Shown piece after piece: positions 29,601 to 36,326 of a DNA stretch of 36,326 nucleotides. The notes beneath the pieces are model-generated. The model made no database searches, was not told the DNA's origin, and saw nothing but the letters and a program-made list of their open reading frames with translations. Position numbers and translations under genes: made by a program. Numbering within the stretch: the first letter of the stretch is position 1; each line of letters starts with the position of its first letter. Source of the DNA: Gammaproteobacteria bacterium (GTDB lineage: Bacteria; Pseudomonadota; Gammaproteobacteria; GRL18); contig JAGLFC010000020.1 in the NCBI GenBank assembly GCA_023144715.1, positions 1 through 36,326 of the forward strand, read 5' to 3'.

Positions 29601-30467
29601 GTGCGGAATTCCATCTTGTTAGTGGACTATTCACGACAGGAAATTAGTCGAGGCGTTGAAATTAAGGAAGCCATTATTATGGCCTGTATTACTCGCACAA
29701 GACCTATTATTATTACCGCTTTGGCGTTAGTGGTGGGATCAACCGCTATTTTGATGGATCCTATTTTTCAAGGCATGGCTGTATCACTCATGTTTGGTGT
29801 GTTTGTATCCACTATTTTAACATTGATTGTAATTCCTCTAGGTTGTTATAGTGCACGTAGTGCGTTTTGTGATGTGATGCGTGAAGATCATCCTGATTAT
29901 GAATTATGTATCGCAGAAAAAGAAGGAAAAAAAAAAGATAATTTAAAAGAAAAAGACACTGGTTTTATCGTACAAGGATTGTTCAGTGTCTATAATGTTA
30001 TTATCGCTGTCTTTCAGGTTGTATGGTGGAGTTTACAAGGGCTTTATAGGTTACTATTTAAGCAAAAAAAAACTAAAACGACACCTAAGCCCATAGCAGT
30101 TTCTGATCAAAGTATTTCAAAAAAAGAAACGCCCAGAGAACCAGAATCTGAGTCGGATCATATAGAAGATATTTCAGAATCTAAGAAAGAAGAAAAAGAA
30201 GTGCAACCTGAACCTGTAGTAGAAAATGATATTTCTGATACTGATCAGGTTGAAAAAAATTCTGTTGTAGAGAAAACAACCCCTATTAAGAAAAAATCTT
30301 CTGTTAAAAAGAAAACTCTAACAAAGAAAAAAGCCATAAAAAAGAAAGCTTCTACTCGAAAAAAATCATCGACAACCGCTTCTAAACCTTCTTCAACAAC
30401 AAAAAAATCTGTTAAAAAGAAGGGACGGCGTGGTATACAATTAAAAGGTGATTTAGGGAAAGAATAA
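26622..30467 (+). CDS. RND efflux permease (AcrB/AcrD/AcrF family) with long C-terminal extension
   Basis: TPRQEDPQI, GILVDDAIVVVEN (TM4), GIIVRNSILLVD (TM10), RTRPIIIT (TM11); ~200 extra aa after the last canonical TM. Confidence 0.93.
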   Translation: MDTSDNKHGLGLAGNLTKTFMHSPLTLLLIIATFAIGFAGFMMTPRQEDPQISVPMVDVFVNYPGASAKQVASLVTDPLERIMSEIPGVDHVYSASQRDQAVVTVQFEVGEEMGESLVKLYDKLQSNMDKIPPGVSPPLVKPKGVDDVPMVALTLWSDSLDDAALRLIGLDVMQELNEIPETSQSFVISGRQEQLRIEVKPERLAGYGITMAQIAGTIMTANSEKTVGSIESGESSFNLYTGSFLHTAEDVEHLVVAIHDGNPVYIRDIAKVIHGPGETHKFVNFYTGAASTESKAANGVPAVTLALAKKSGTNGISVVEEILKRVESMKGRLIPSNVEVSVTRNYGKSAQDKVNGLMFKLVLVTVAVSILILGFLNWRAALVCFIVIPNVILVTTFFALMMGYTIDRVSLFALIFSIGILVDDAIVVVENMYRRWAMDGEISDATSIDAVREVGNPTILATFTVIAALLPMAIVRGMMGPYMEPIPALGSVAMMYSLFAAFAFTPYLAIRFKPSMDSLNKMEESEHNTVRLLDGFYRSILNPLIDSKFAGNTFLISLFVVFFLCCSLLYVKAVKVKMMPLDNKSVFNVVVNFPAGTSLPVTANLTRQFAEEVRKISEVTAIQSYVGTASPYDFNGLVRHYYLRQQPWQSDLNVQLVDKKERDRSSHEVAVEVRNTLTAMVAAKVKEGTYTENSKPKFQIVEMPPGPPVLQTMVAEVYGPTAHERHAVAMRLTELFEQSEIITDVDNYIQKPYEIWTFQVNREKSIRTGVTVDAINKALEMAMGGFVLGDIKDGSILDPTMIILQVPLDIRANFNSLSQLPVPTMQGTSVPLAELGLFSKGYKEAIIFHKDLRDVEYVIGEVQGKLASPIYAILEVNKFLQKEENLGPRKEIIEGTLTGPPDAGDMHNFSGFEWAGEWIVTYETFRDMGLAFGVAIILIYMLVVWEFGNFSLPAVIISPIPLTLIGILPGHALMGAEFTATSMIGFIALAGIIVRNSILLVDYSRQEISRGVEIKEAIIMACITRTRPIIITALALVVGSTAILMDPIFQGMAVSLMFGVFVSTILTLIVIPLGCYSARSAFCDVMREDHPDYELCIAEKEGKKKDNLKEKDTGFIVQGLFSVYNVIIAVFQVVWWSLQGLYRLLFKQKKTKTTPKPIAVSDQSISKKETPREPESESDHIEDISESKKEEKEVQPEPVVENDISDTDQVEKNSVVEKTTPIKKKSSVKKKTLTKKKAIKKKASTRKKSSTTASKPSSTTKKSVKKKGRRGIQLKGDLGKE

Positions 30468-30566
30468 ATACATGTTATGATAGTTCAAAGACATTTGCAC
30501 CAAAAGTTATATTTTGATTGTTTTATCAGCAAATATTAAATTGAGTTTGGCTATAGGGTATTCTAT

Positions 30567-31196
30567 ATGATTACAGTGATTGGTAATTTAAAAGGTGGTA
30601 CTGGAAAAAGTACAGTGACATTTAATTTGGCCGTCTGGCTGGCATTAAATGATTATTGCGTTAAGGTCTTTGATTTAGATCCACAAGCAACACTCAGTGA
30701 TGTGGGCGATATTCGTAAAGAAGATGAATATGAACCTATTATTTCTATTAGCAATTCGCTGGATGATTTGGATTTATCTAAACAGTCTAAAGAGGATGAA
30801 ATACTGATTGATATTGGCACCGCGGATACTCAATCAATGAAAAAAGCCATTGCTTTAACCAATCGTATTATTGTTCCTGTACCACCTAGTCAGGCTGATA
30901 TTTGGTCAACACAACGCTTTATAAAAATGGTCGTTGATATTTGTGGTAAGGATAATATGCCACAGATGTTAGGCTTTGTTAATCGTGCTGATACTCATAA
31001 GGGAGTACGTGAGACAGGAGAAGCAGAAGATGCACTCAAAATACTCCCCTATATTGATTTAATAGGTACACGCTTATATCAAAGAACAACCTATAGGCGT
31101 TCTTTTAGTGAAGGTCTTGCGGTGTTTGAACTTGAACCCAAAGGCAAAGCAGCAGCAGAAGTGAATAAGTTTGCCAGTATGATTTACCCAGCATAA
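30567..31196 (+). CDS. small ParA/MinD-family ATPase
   Basis: Deviant Walker A KGGTGKST, DLDPQ, Walker B ILID, IIVPVPPSQADIW, FVNR; 209 aa with no N-terminal HTH. Confidence 0.92.
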   Translation: MITVIGNLKGGTGKSTVTFNLAVWLALNDYCVKVFDLDPQATLSDVGDIRKEDEYEPIISISNSLDDLDLSKQSKEDEILIDIGTADTQSMKKAIALTNRIIVPVPPSQADIWSTQRFIKMVVDICGKDNMPQMLGFVNRADTHKGVRETGEAEDALKILPYIDLIGTRLYQRTTYRRSFSEGLAVFELEPKGKAAAEVNKFASMIYPA

Positions 31197-31198
31197 AA

Positions 31199-31226
31199 TA
31201 GCTTATTAGTGTATTCTAATAAGCTA
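31199..31226. repeat. perfect 11-bp inverted repeat (operator or mRNA hairpin)
   Basis: TAGCTTATTAG-TGTATT-CTAATAAGCTA right after the ParA-like stop; no T-tract downstream on the + strand. Confidence 0.7.
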
Positions 31227-31328
31227 AAAATAAAGCTACCTATGACTATTATTTTCTTTTATAATAATACAAGAACACTATTATATTAATGACCTGTTAA
31301 TGTGATTAATGCTTGGGAGAGACAATAA

Positions 31329-31934
31329 ATGCCGATTAAAAGGTTATATCATAAACTGACTGCCGAAACTGTACCAGCAGATGCCGCGGGTTTTGATTCA
31401 GATACACTAGACAAGCGTAAAAAAGAGGTTGATGTTAAAGGTCAACGTTTACAACTTATTGTTTATTCAGCATTATTTGCATTTATTATCTTAGCAGCTT
31501 ATGGGTATTATCTTATTTTTAATCTTACTCATGATGTTCATTCAATGTCTAATGATGTCAGGCAGATGAGTCAGGCAGTGAGTGGTATGTCACACTCAGT
31601 TATTATGAATATGGATGTTATTTCAGAAAGTATTGTGAAAATGCAATCCAGCACCCAATTAATGAGTCGTGTGGTCGCAGATTCTCTGCCTGAAATGACT
31701 AAAAATACGACTATCATGACGCAAACTGCTCAAAATGTGAATGCTCGCATTAATGATATTAGTGCGGATATTCAGATCATGAGTGTCAGTATGGTTGCCA
31801 TGCAACGTGATATGTGGAGTATGAATGATACTTTTAGCAATCCAGTAGAAAGTATTTTTCATAATATGATGCCTTGGAGTAATAAAAAACAAGGTTCATC
31901 GGGTCCTTTATATTTTAGGCAACCCATGCGTTAA
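31329..31934 (+). CDS. membrane-anchored Met-rich coiled-coil protein
   Basis: GGGAGA RBS; one TM (LIVYSALFAFIILAAYGYYLIF); Met recurring at heptad spacing; 18 Met in 201 aa. Confidence 0.85.
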   Translation: MPIKRLYHKLTAETVPADAAGFDSDTLDKRKKEVDVKGQRLQLIVYSALFAFIILAAYGYYLIFNLTHDVHSMSNDVRQMSQAVSGMSHSVIMNMDVISESIVKMQSSTQLMSRVVADSLPEMTKNTTIMTQTAQNVNARINDISADIQIMSVSMVAMQRDMWSMNDTFSNPVESIFHNMMPWSNKKQGSSGPLYFRQPMR

Positions 31935-31984
31935 AATGATTGTTTTTTAATGTTTAATTATTTGTTTAGGAGAGGGTATCACCC

Positions 31985-33466
31985 ATGTTTGAAAGTCCGA
32001 CTACACTGCTTCAGTCACGTTTAAAGAGTTTGAAAGAAAACCTTGCCACTGAAAATCCTATTTTAGTGGATGCCGTTAACTCTTTTCAAGATTTAGATAA
32101 AGTGGGTTATGAAACAGGTCTGTTAGCAACTGATGAATCTTTTGCGACTAAAATTTCATGGTGGCCCTTAATTTCAATTTTAGGGACTTTCTCAGCAGGA
32201 AAGTCTTCGTTTATTAATAGCTATTTAGGTGTCAATCTACAGTTAACAGGTAATCAAGCGGTTGATGATAAATTTACAGTCATCACTTATAGTCAGGAAG
32301 AAAAACCCCGAGTATTGCCAGGTTTAGCACTGGATGCCGATCCACGTTTACCTTTTTATCAAATCAGTGAAGCCATAGAAAAAGTTTCTACAGGAGAGGG
32401 CAGTCGAGTTGATACTTATTTACAACTTAAAACCTGTAAAAGTGATGCACTAAAAGGTAGAATTTTAATTGATTCCCCTGGATTTGATGCGGATGATCAA
32501 CGTAATGCAACGCTTAGAATTACCGATCATATTATTGATTTAGCGGATTTAGTGATGGTCTTTTTTGATGCTCGACATCCAGAACCTGGTGCGATGAAAG
32601 ATACTCTACAACATTTGGTTGAAGGGACGATCAAACGTAATGATACCAGTAAATTCTTATTTATTTTAAATCAAATGGATACTACGGCTAAGGAAGATAA
32701 TTCTGAGCAAGTGGTGGCCGCATGGCAACGTGCTATTGTACAAACAGGACTGTCAGCAGGTCGTTTTTATTGTATTTATAATGAAAAAACAGCGCCTATT
32801 ATTGAAGATGAACAAATGCGCAAGCGTTATAAAGAAAAGCTTGATTTTGATATGAGTGAAATCAATCAACGTATGCAGGAAGTAGGTGTTGAACGAGTGT
32901 ATCGTATTATTGGTGCTTTAGAAAATACAGCTAATGGTATAGAACGTGTTGCAATACCAAAAATAACAAAAGCATTAGACTCATGGTCTCGTACGGTATT
33001 AAAAATTGATGCAGTATTATTGGGCTTATTAATTGCTATCCTATTGGGTATTTCATATTATGCTAATTATTGGATTGACGGTTCATTCCAACCATTTTGG
33101 CTAGAATCTTTTTCAGATAATCCGATTCTACAAAGTATTGTTTTAGGTGTTTTTGTGCTGATATTAACAATACTACATTTTAAAGTACGTCGTTTTATGG
33201 CTCATAAAATTGCTAAAAAATTACCCACTGAAAATGGACCAGGTAATATTGCAGGTGCTTTTCTAAAGAGTACACATCCTATACGCAGTATTTTTATGTC
33301 TACACCCTCAGGTTGGCGTAAAAAAAGTCGCCAAGTGATTGAGCAAGTACGTAATCAGGCAGACAATTTTGTAAAATTACTGAATGATAATTTTACTGAT
33401 CCATTAGGGCGTAGAGAAGCTGAAGGTTTAATAGAAAAAAAGAAGGCGGATGTTGCGAAATCATAA
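31985..33466 (+). CDS. dynamin-like (EHD-type) P-loop NTPase with two TM segments
   Basis: G1 GTFSAGKS, G3 IDSPG, G4-like LNQMD, DDKFTVI, ADLVMVFFDA; helical stalk and two hydrophobic helices. Confidence 0.85.
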   Translation: MFESPTTLLQSRLKSLKENLATENPILVDAVNSFQDLDKVGYETGLLATDESFATKISWWPLISILGTFSAGKSSFINSYLGVNLQLTGNQAVDDKFTVITYSQEEKPRVLPGLALDADPRLPFYQISEAIEKVSTGEGSRVDTYLQLKTCKSDALKGRILIDSPGFDADDQRNATLRITDHIIDLADLVMVFFDARHPEPGAMKDTLQHLVEGTIKRNDTSKFLFILNQMDTTAKEDNSEQVVAAWQRAIVQTGLSAGRFYCIYNEKTAPIIEDEQMRKRYKEKLDFDMSEINQRMQEVGVERVYRIIGALENTANGIERVAIPKITKALDSWSRTVLKIDAVLLGLLIAILLGISYYANYWIDGSFQPFWLESFSDNPILQSIVLGVFVLILTILHFKVRRFMAHKIAKKLPTENGPGNIAGAFLKSTHPIRSIFMSTPSGWRKKSRQVIEQVRNQADNFVKLLNDNFTDPLGRREAEGLIEKKKADVAKS

Positions 33467-33521
33467 TGAAGGAATGTTATTCTTTATCGTCAGTAAAGGT
33501 TCTATCTAGGAACAAATATTT

Positions 33522-33905
33522 ATGAACTTTGAAAAAGTATCTTTTGCTTTTTTTGTTGTGTTTGCTCTGACCATTAATTTTGGTTTTTTCATTGGTGACA
33601 TTGATGAACCAAAACACCATCATGTCTTTGAATTATTTCTTGCCATCATCATTAGTTTAATTGCCACTGTTATTAAACTTGGTGATCGATCACACATTGG
33701 TGCAGTATTATTAGCAACCAGTTTAGTTGCAGATATTCATCTTATTGCCGCGGCTATTATTTGGGGCTTTGCTGAACATATTTCAGCAAGTGGTGTAGGC
33801 CCAGATGTCATGGCAACCATTGTTTCAGTATCAGGGGGTGCTTTGATTGCCAACTTGACATCTGTGGTATTATTAGTCATTGAAACGACTGTTGTTCGAC
33901 GTTAA
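33522..33905 (+). CDS. small integral membrane protein (resembles DUF6394 family)
   Basis: About four TM helices; MNFEKVSFAFF, NFGFFIG, KLGDR, LLATSLVADIHL; family recalled, not searched. Confidence 0.75.
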   Translation: MNFEKVSFAFFVVFALTINFGFFIGDIDEPKHHHVFELFLAIIISLIATVIKLGDRSHIGAVLLATSLVADIHLIAAAIIWGFAEHISASGVGPDVMATIVSVSGGALIANLTSVVLLVIETTVVRR

Positions 33906-33960
33906 CTTTAAACTATTTTATCCTCTCTTTTATGAGACAAGATAATTTACTGACAGACTA

Positions 33961-35865
33961 ATGAATAGTTTTATTTTTATATTGCTCAAACGAATAAGAT
34001 TACCCATAATATTGCTTATTTCTAGCTATGCAATTGTTATTTTGGGGTTTGTACTGATACCCGGTCAGGATGATCAGGGCAATGTTTGGCAGATGAGTTT
34101 TTTTCATGCTTTTTATTTTGTCAGTTTTATGGGTTCTACAATAGGTTTTGGAGAAATCCCCTATGAATTTACAGATGCTCAGAGAATGTGGACAATTTTT
34201 GCAATTTATACAACAGTCACTATTTGGCTGTATAGTATTGGTGCCATTCTTAATGCTTTACAAAATCCTGTTTTAAAAAAAATTCTAAGAGAGAATGATT
34301 TTAAAAAAAAAGTACAGGGCATTAAAGAACCTTTTTATCTTATTTGTGGTTATGGTGATACAGGAGAATTATTAGCACACGAACTCTCGGCTAATAATAT
34401 TTTATCCGTGGTACTGGATATTGAACAGGAACGCATTGATAACCTACAAATAGATGAACCCGATATTGATATTCCAGCATTAGCCGCTAATGCTGCCTAT
34501 CCTGATGTCTTAGAAAGTGCAGGTTTAACTCATGCCTACTGCAAAGGTGTTATTGCTTTAACCAATAAAGATTCAGTTAATCTAAAAATTGCCATCACAG
34601 CACGTTTACTCAATAAAAAACGTCTTTTAGAACATGATTTAATGGTTATTTGTCGTGCACAAAGTGTAGAAGTAGAAGTGAATATGGCTTCCTTCGGTAC
34701 ATCACATATTATTAATCCTTATGATATTTATGCCAGACGCTTGGCTTTATCTGTGCGTTCACCCAGTGCCTACCTAATTTACGAATGGTTGACCAATCCT
34801 TACCATAAAGTAAGAAAAGAACCCATAAAACCCCCTAGAGGCACTTGGGTGGTCTGTGGTTATGGGCGTTTTGGTAAAGCAATTTCAAGACATTTGAATT
34901 ATGTGGGTATCAAAACAATTATTATTGAAGCAAAGCCAGACTTAACGCAAGCTCCAGAAGGAACAATAGCAGGAAAAGGCACGGAATCCGTGACATTAAG
35001 AGAGGCAAAAATTACAGATGCTGTTGCTATTGTTGCAGGTACTGACAATGATGCGAATAATCTTTCTATTGTGATTAGTGCTCAAGATGAAATGAGTCGT
35101 TATTATAAAGGACAAAGGAGAGAACAAGAATATTATGATAAATATTATTCAAATACAGAAGGTGACAGCCAAGAAGAAATCAGTAACCATCATTATCATA
35201 AAAAATTATTTTCAATTGCTAGACAAAATTTTGGACGCAATAAAAAAGTGTTTGAAAAAGCTGAACTGGACTTTATTATGCAACCTGCCAGTATTGTGGC
35301 AGGAGAAATTCTTTCTATTATAAAAACACCTCTTATGTCTACCTTTTTATCCTTAGCAAGAAGGCAAAAAGATAAGTGGGCAAATATTTTAATCAGTCGT
35401 ATTAGTAGTTTTATTGATAATAGTGCAACGACATGGATGTTAGAAATTTCAGAGAAACAAACACCTGCTTTAATGAGTTTTTTACAAAGTAGTCACATTA
35501 CGATCAAACATATTAGTAGTGATCCTGATAATAGAGAAAATTTATTGGATTGCGTTGTTTTATTAGTGCATCGTAAAAAAATATCACCATTAGGTGAGCG
35601 TAAAGGTATATTGAATGTTGATGAACCCATTAAACATATTAATTTTTTACTGCCTAATGATGAATTTGAAATTAAAAAAGGGGATCAATTGCTGATTTGT
35701 GGTGATATAATCAGCAAGCAAATGATGTGCCGTGTTGTTAATAGTCATAAGGATTATAATTATATTCATACAGGGTGTGAATTGGGAGGTAGTTATTTTT
35801 GGCAATGGCTATATAAGAAAAACTATCTTACTAAAGAGAATGTAAATAATGTTCAAAAAGAATAA
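33961..35865 (+). CDS. 2-TM potassium channel protein with tandem TrkA-N/RCK domains
   Basis: Pore helix and filter AFYFVSFMGSTIGFGEIP; two Rossmann motifs ICGYGDTG and VCGYGRFG; ALTNKDSVNL, AGTDNDANNL. Confidence 0.9.
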   Translation: MNSFIFILLKRIRLPIILLISSYAIVILGFVLIPGQDDQGNVWQMSFFHAFYFVSFMGSTIGFGEIPYEFTDAQRMWTIFAIYTTVTIWLYSIGAILNALQNPVLKKILRENDFKKKVQGIKEPFYLICGYGDTGELLAHELSANNILSVVLDIEQERIDNLQIDEPDIDIPALAANAAYPDVLESAGLTHAYCKGVIALTNKDSVNLKIAITARLLNKKRLLEHDLMVICRAQSVEVEVNMASFGTSHIINPYDIYARRLALSVRSPSAYLIYEWLTNPYHKVRKEPIKPPRGTWVVCGYGRFGKAISRHLNYVGIKTIIIEAKPDLTQAPEGTIAGKGTESVTLREAKITDAVAIVAGTDNDANNLSIVISAQDEMSRYYKGQRREQEYYDKYYSNTEGDSQEEISNHHYHKKLFSIARQNFGRNKKVFEKAELDFIMQPASIVAGEILSIIKTPLMSTFLSLARRQKDKWANILISRISSFIDNSATTWMLEISEKQTPALMSFLQSSHITIKHISSDPDNRENLLDCVVLLVHRKKISPLGERKGILNVDEPIKHINFLLPNDEFEIKKGDQLLICGDIISKQMMCRVVNSHKDYNYIHTGCELGGSYFWQWLYKKNYLTKENVNNVQKE

Positions 35866-35872
35866 TAAAAAT

Positions 35873-36326
35873 ATGCAATTGACTGATAAAGGATTATATA
35901 TGTTATTGCTTATTTTCAATTGTTTATTACTAGAAGTAACCTATGCAAGAGGGCATTATATATTTCCAGATGAAATTGATCAGTCTTCTAACACATTTCA
36001 ATATAATCAAGCCTCTTCAATTCAAAAAAAGCACTGGAATTACCCTCAATATGTTACAGATTTAACAACTGAAAATTCTGTTGATAATAAGCAACCCCCT
36101 TTATACAACAATAATTTTCGTGATCAATATCGTTATCCTAAAGAAAATAATATGAAAAATAAACTCTTTAGATTTTCACAGCCTATTTATCCTAGTGATT
36201 TAGAAACGAGTAACCATACTATTAAACCCATAAGATACAAGGATAAAAATTATAATCTATCAGAGGATACAATCGATCATTTACCTTATCATATCCCTAA
36301 TGCTCCAAAAATAATAAAACATCCCA
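35873..36326 (+). CDS. exported low-complexity hypothetical protein (truncated by window end)
   Basis: Frame open from ATG 35873 (alternative ATG 35900 with AAGGA RBS) to the end; signal-like LLLIFNCLLLEVTYA|RG, then Tyr/Asn/Pro/Gln-rich. Confidence 0.65.
   Translation, partial: MQLTDKGLYMLLLIFNCLLLEVTYARGHYIFPDEIDQSSNTFQYNQASSIQKKHWNYPQYVTDLTTENSVDNKQPPLYNNNFRDQYRYPKENNMKNKLFRFSQPIYPSDLETSNHTIKPIRYKDKNYNLSEDTIDHLPYHIPNAPKIIKHP

Noticed and set aside
30288-30467. Lys-rich RND tail as a DNA tandem repeat or frameshift artefact
   Set aside because: Codons vary (AAA/AAG), the frame is continuous and the repeat exists only at protein level.
31199-31226. Inverted repeat as a + strand terminator or parS site
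   Set aside because: Followed by A-run rather than T-run on +, does not match the canonical parS palindrome, and no ParB is present.
7180-35323. Remaining short nested ORFs of the track (e.g. 7672, 8249, 11250, 13166, 13794, 14839, 18572, 20015, 20312, 24052, 24325, 24847, 25625, 26918, 27830, 31659, 35135)
   Set aside because: All lie within longer conserved CDSs, in alternative frames or antisense; no independent coding signal.
1-36326. CRISPR arrays, tRNA/rRNA genes, IS elements
   Set aside because: No regularly spaced repeats, cloverleaf or rRNA-like segments, or transposase ORFs seen; intergenic spaces are short.

Overview
AT-rich chromosomal window, most likely from a gammaproteobacterium (inferred from rplM-rpsI, lolA-rarA, rlmG, pbpG and truD). 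It has four parts. (1) 1-8.8 kb: housekeeping genes (rplM, rpsI, leuA with a divergent Lrp-family regulator, a Tim44-domain protein, rlmG, lolA, rarA), preceded by a candidate ~110-nt sRNA with its own consensus promoter and anti-Shine-Dalgarno loop. (2) 8.8-19.7 kb: an orphan tyrosine recombinase, an exported protein and a mosaic O-antigen/capsule locus for a 2,3-diacetamido-uronic acid (wbpB, wbpD, wbpE, wzx, methyltransferase, two GTs, wbpI). Here WbpE carries a degenerate PIN domain and two pathway genes carry G8 tracts. (3) 19.7-25.2 kb: pbpG, truD, an unannotated 51-aa membrane protein, a MATE pump and a Na/Pi cotransporter. (4) 25.4 kb to the end, the best candidate for an undescribed system: a co-oriented run of RND adaptor (Met-rich insertion), RND permease with a ~200-aa tail ending in a Lys-rich segment, small orphan ParA ATPase, membrane-anchored Met-heptad coiled coil, membrane-anchored dynamin/EHD-like NTPase, small membrane protein, tandem-RCK K+ channel and an exported low-complexity protein. 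All family assignments come from motif reading and recall; no searches were run.
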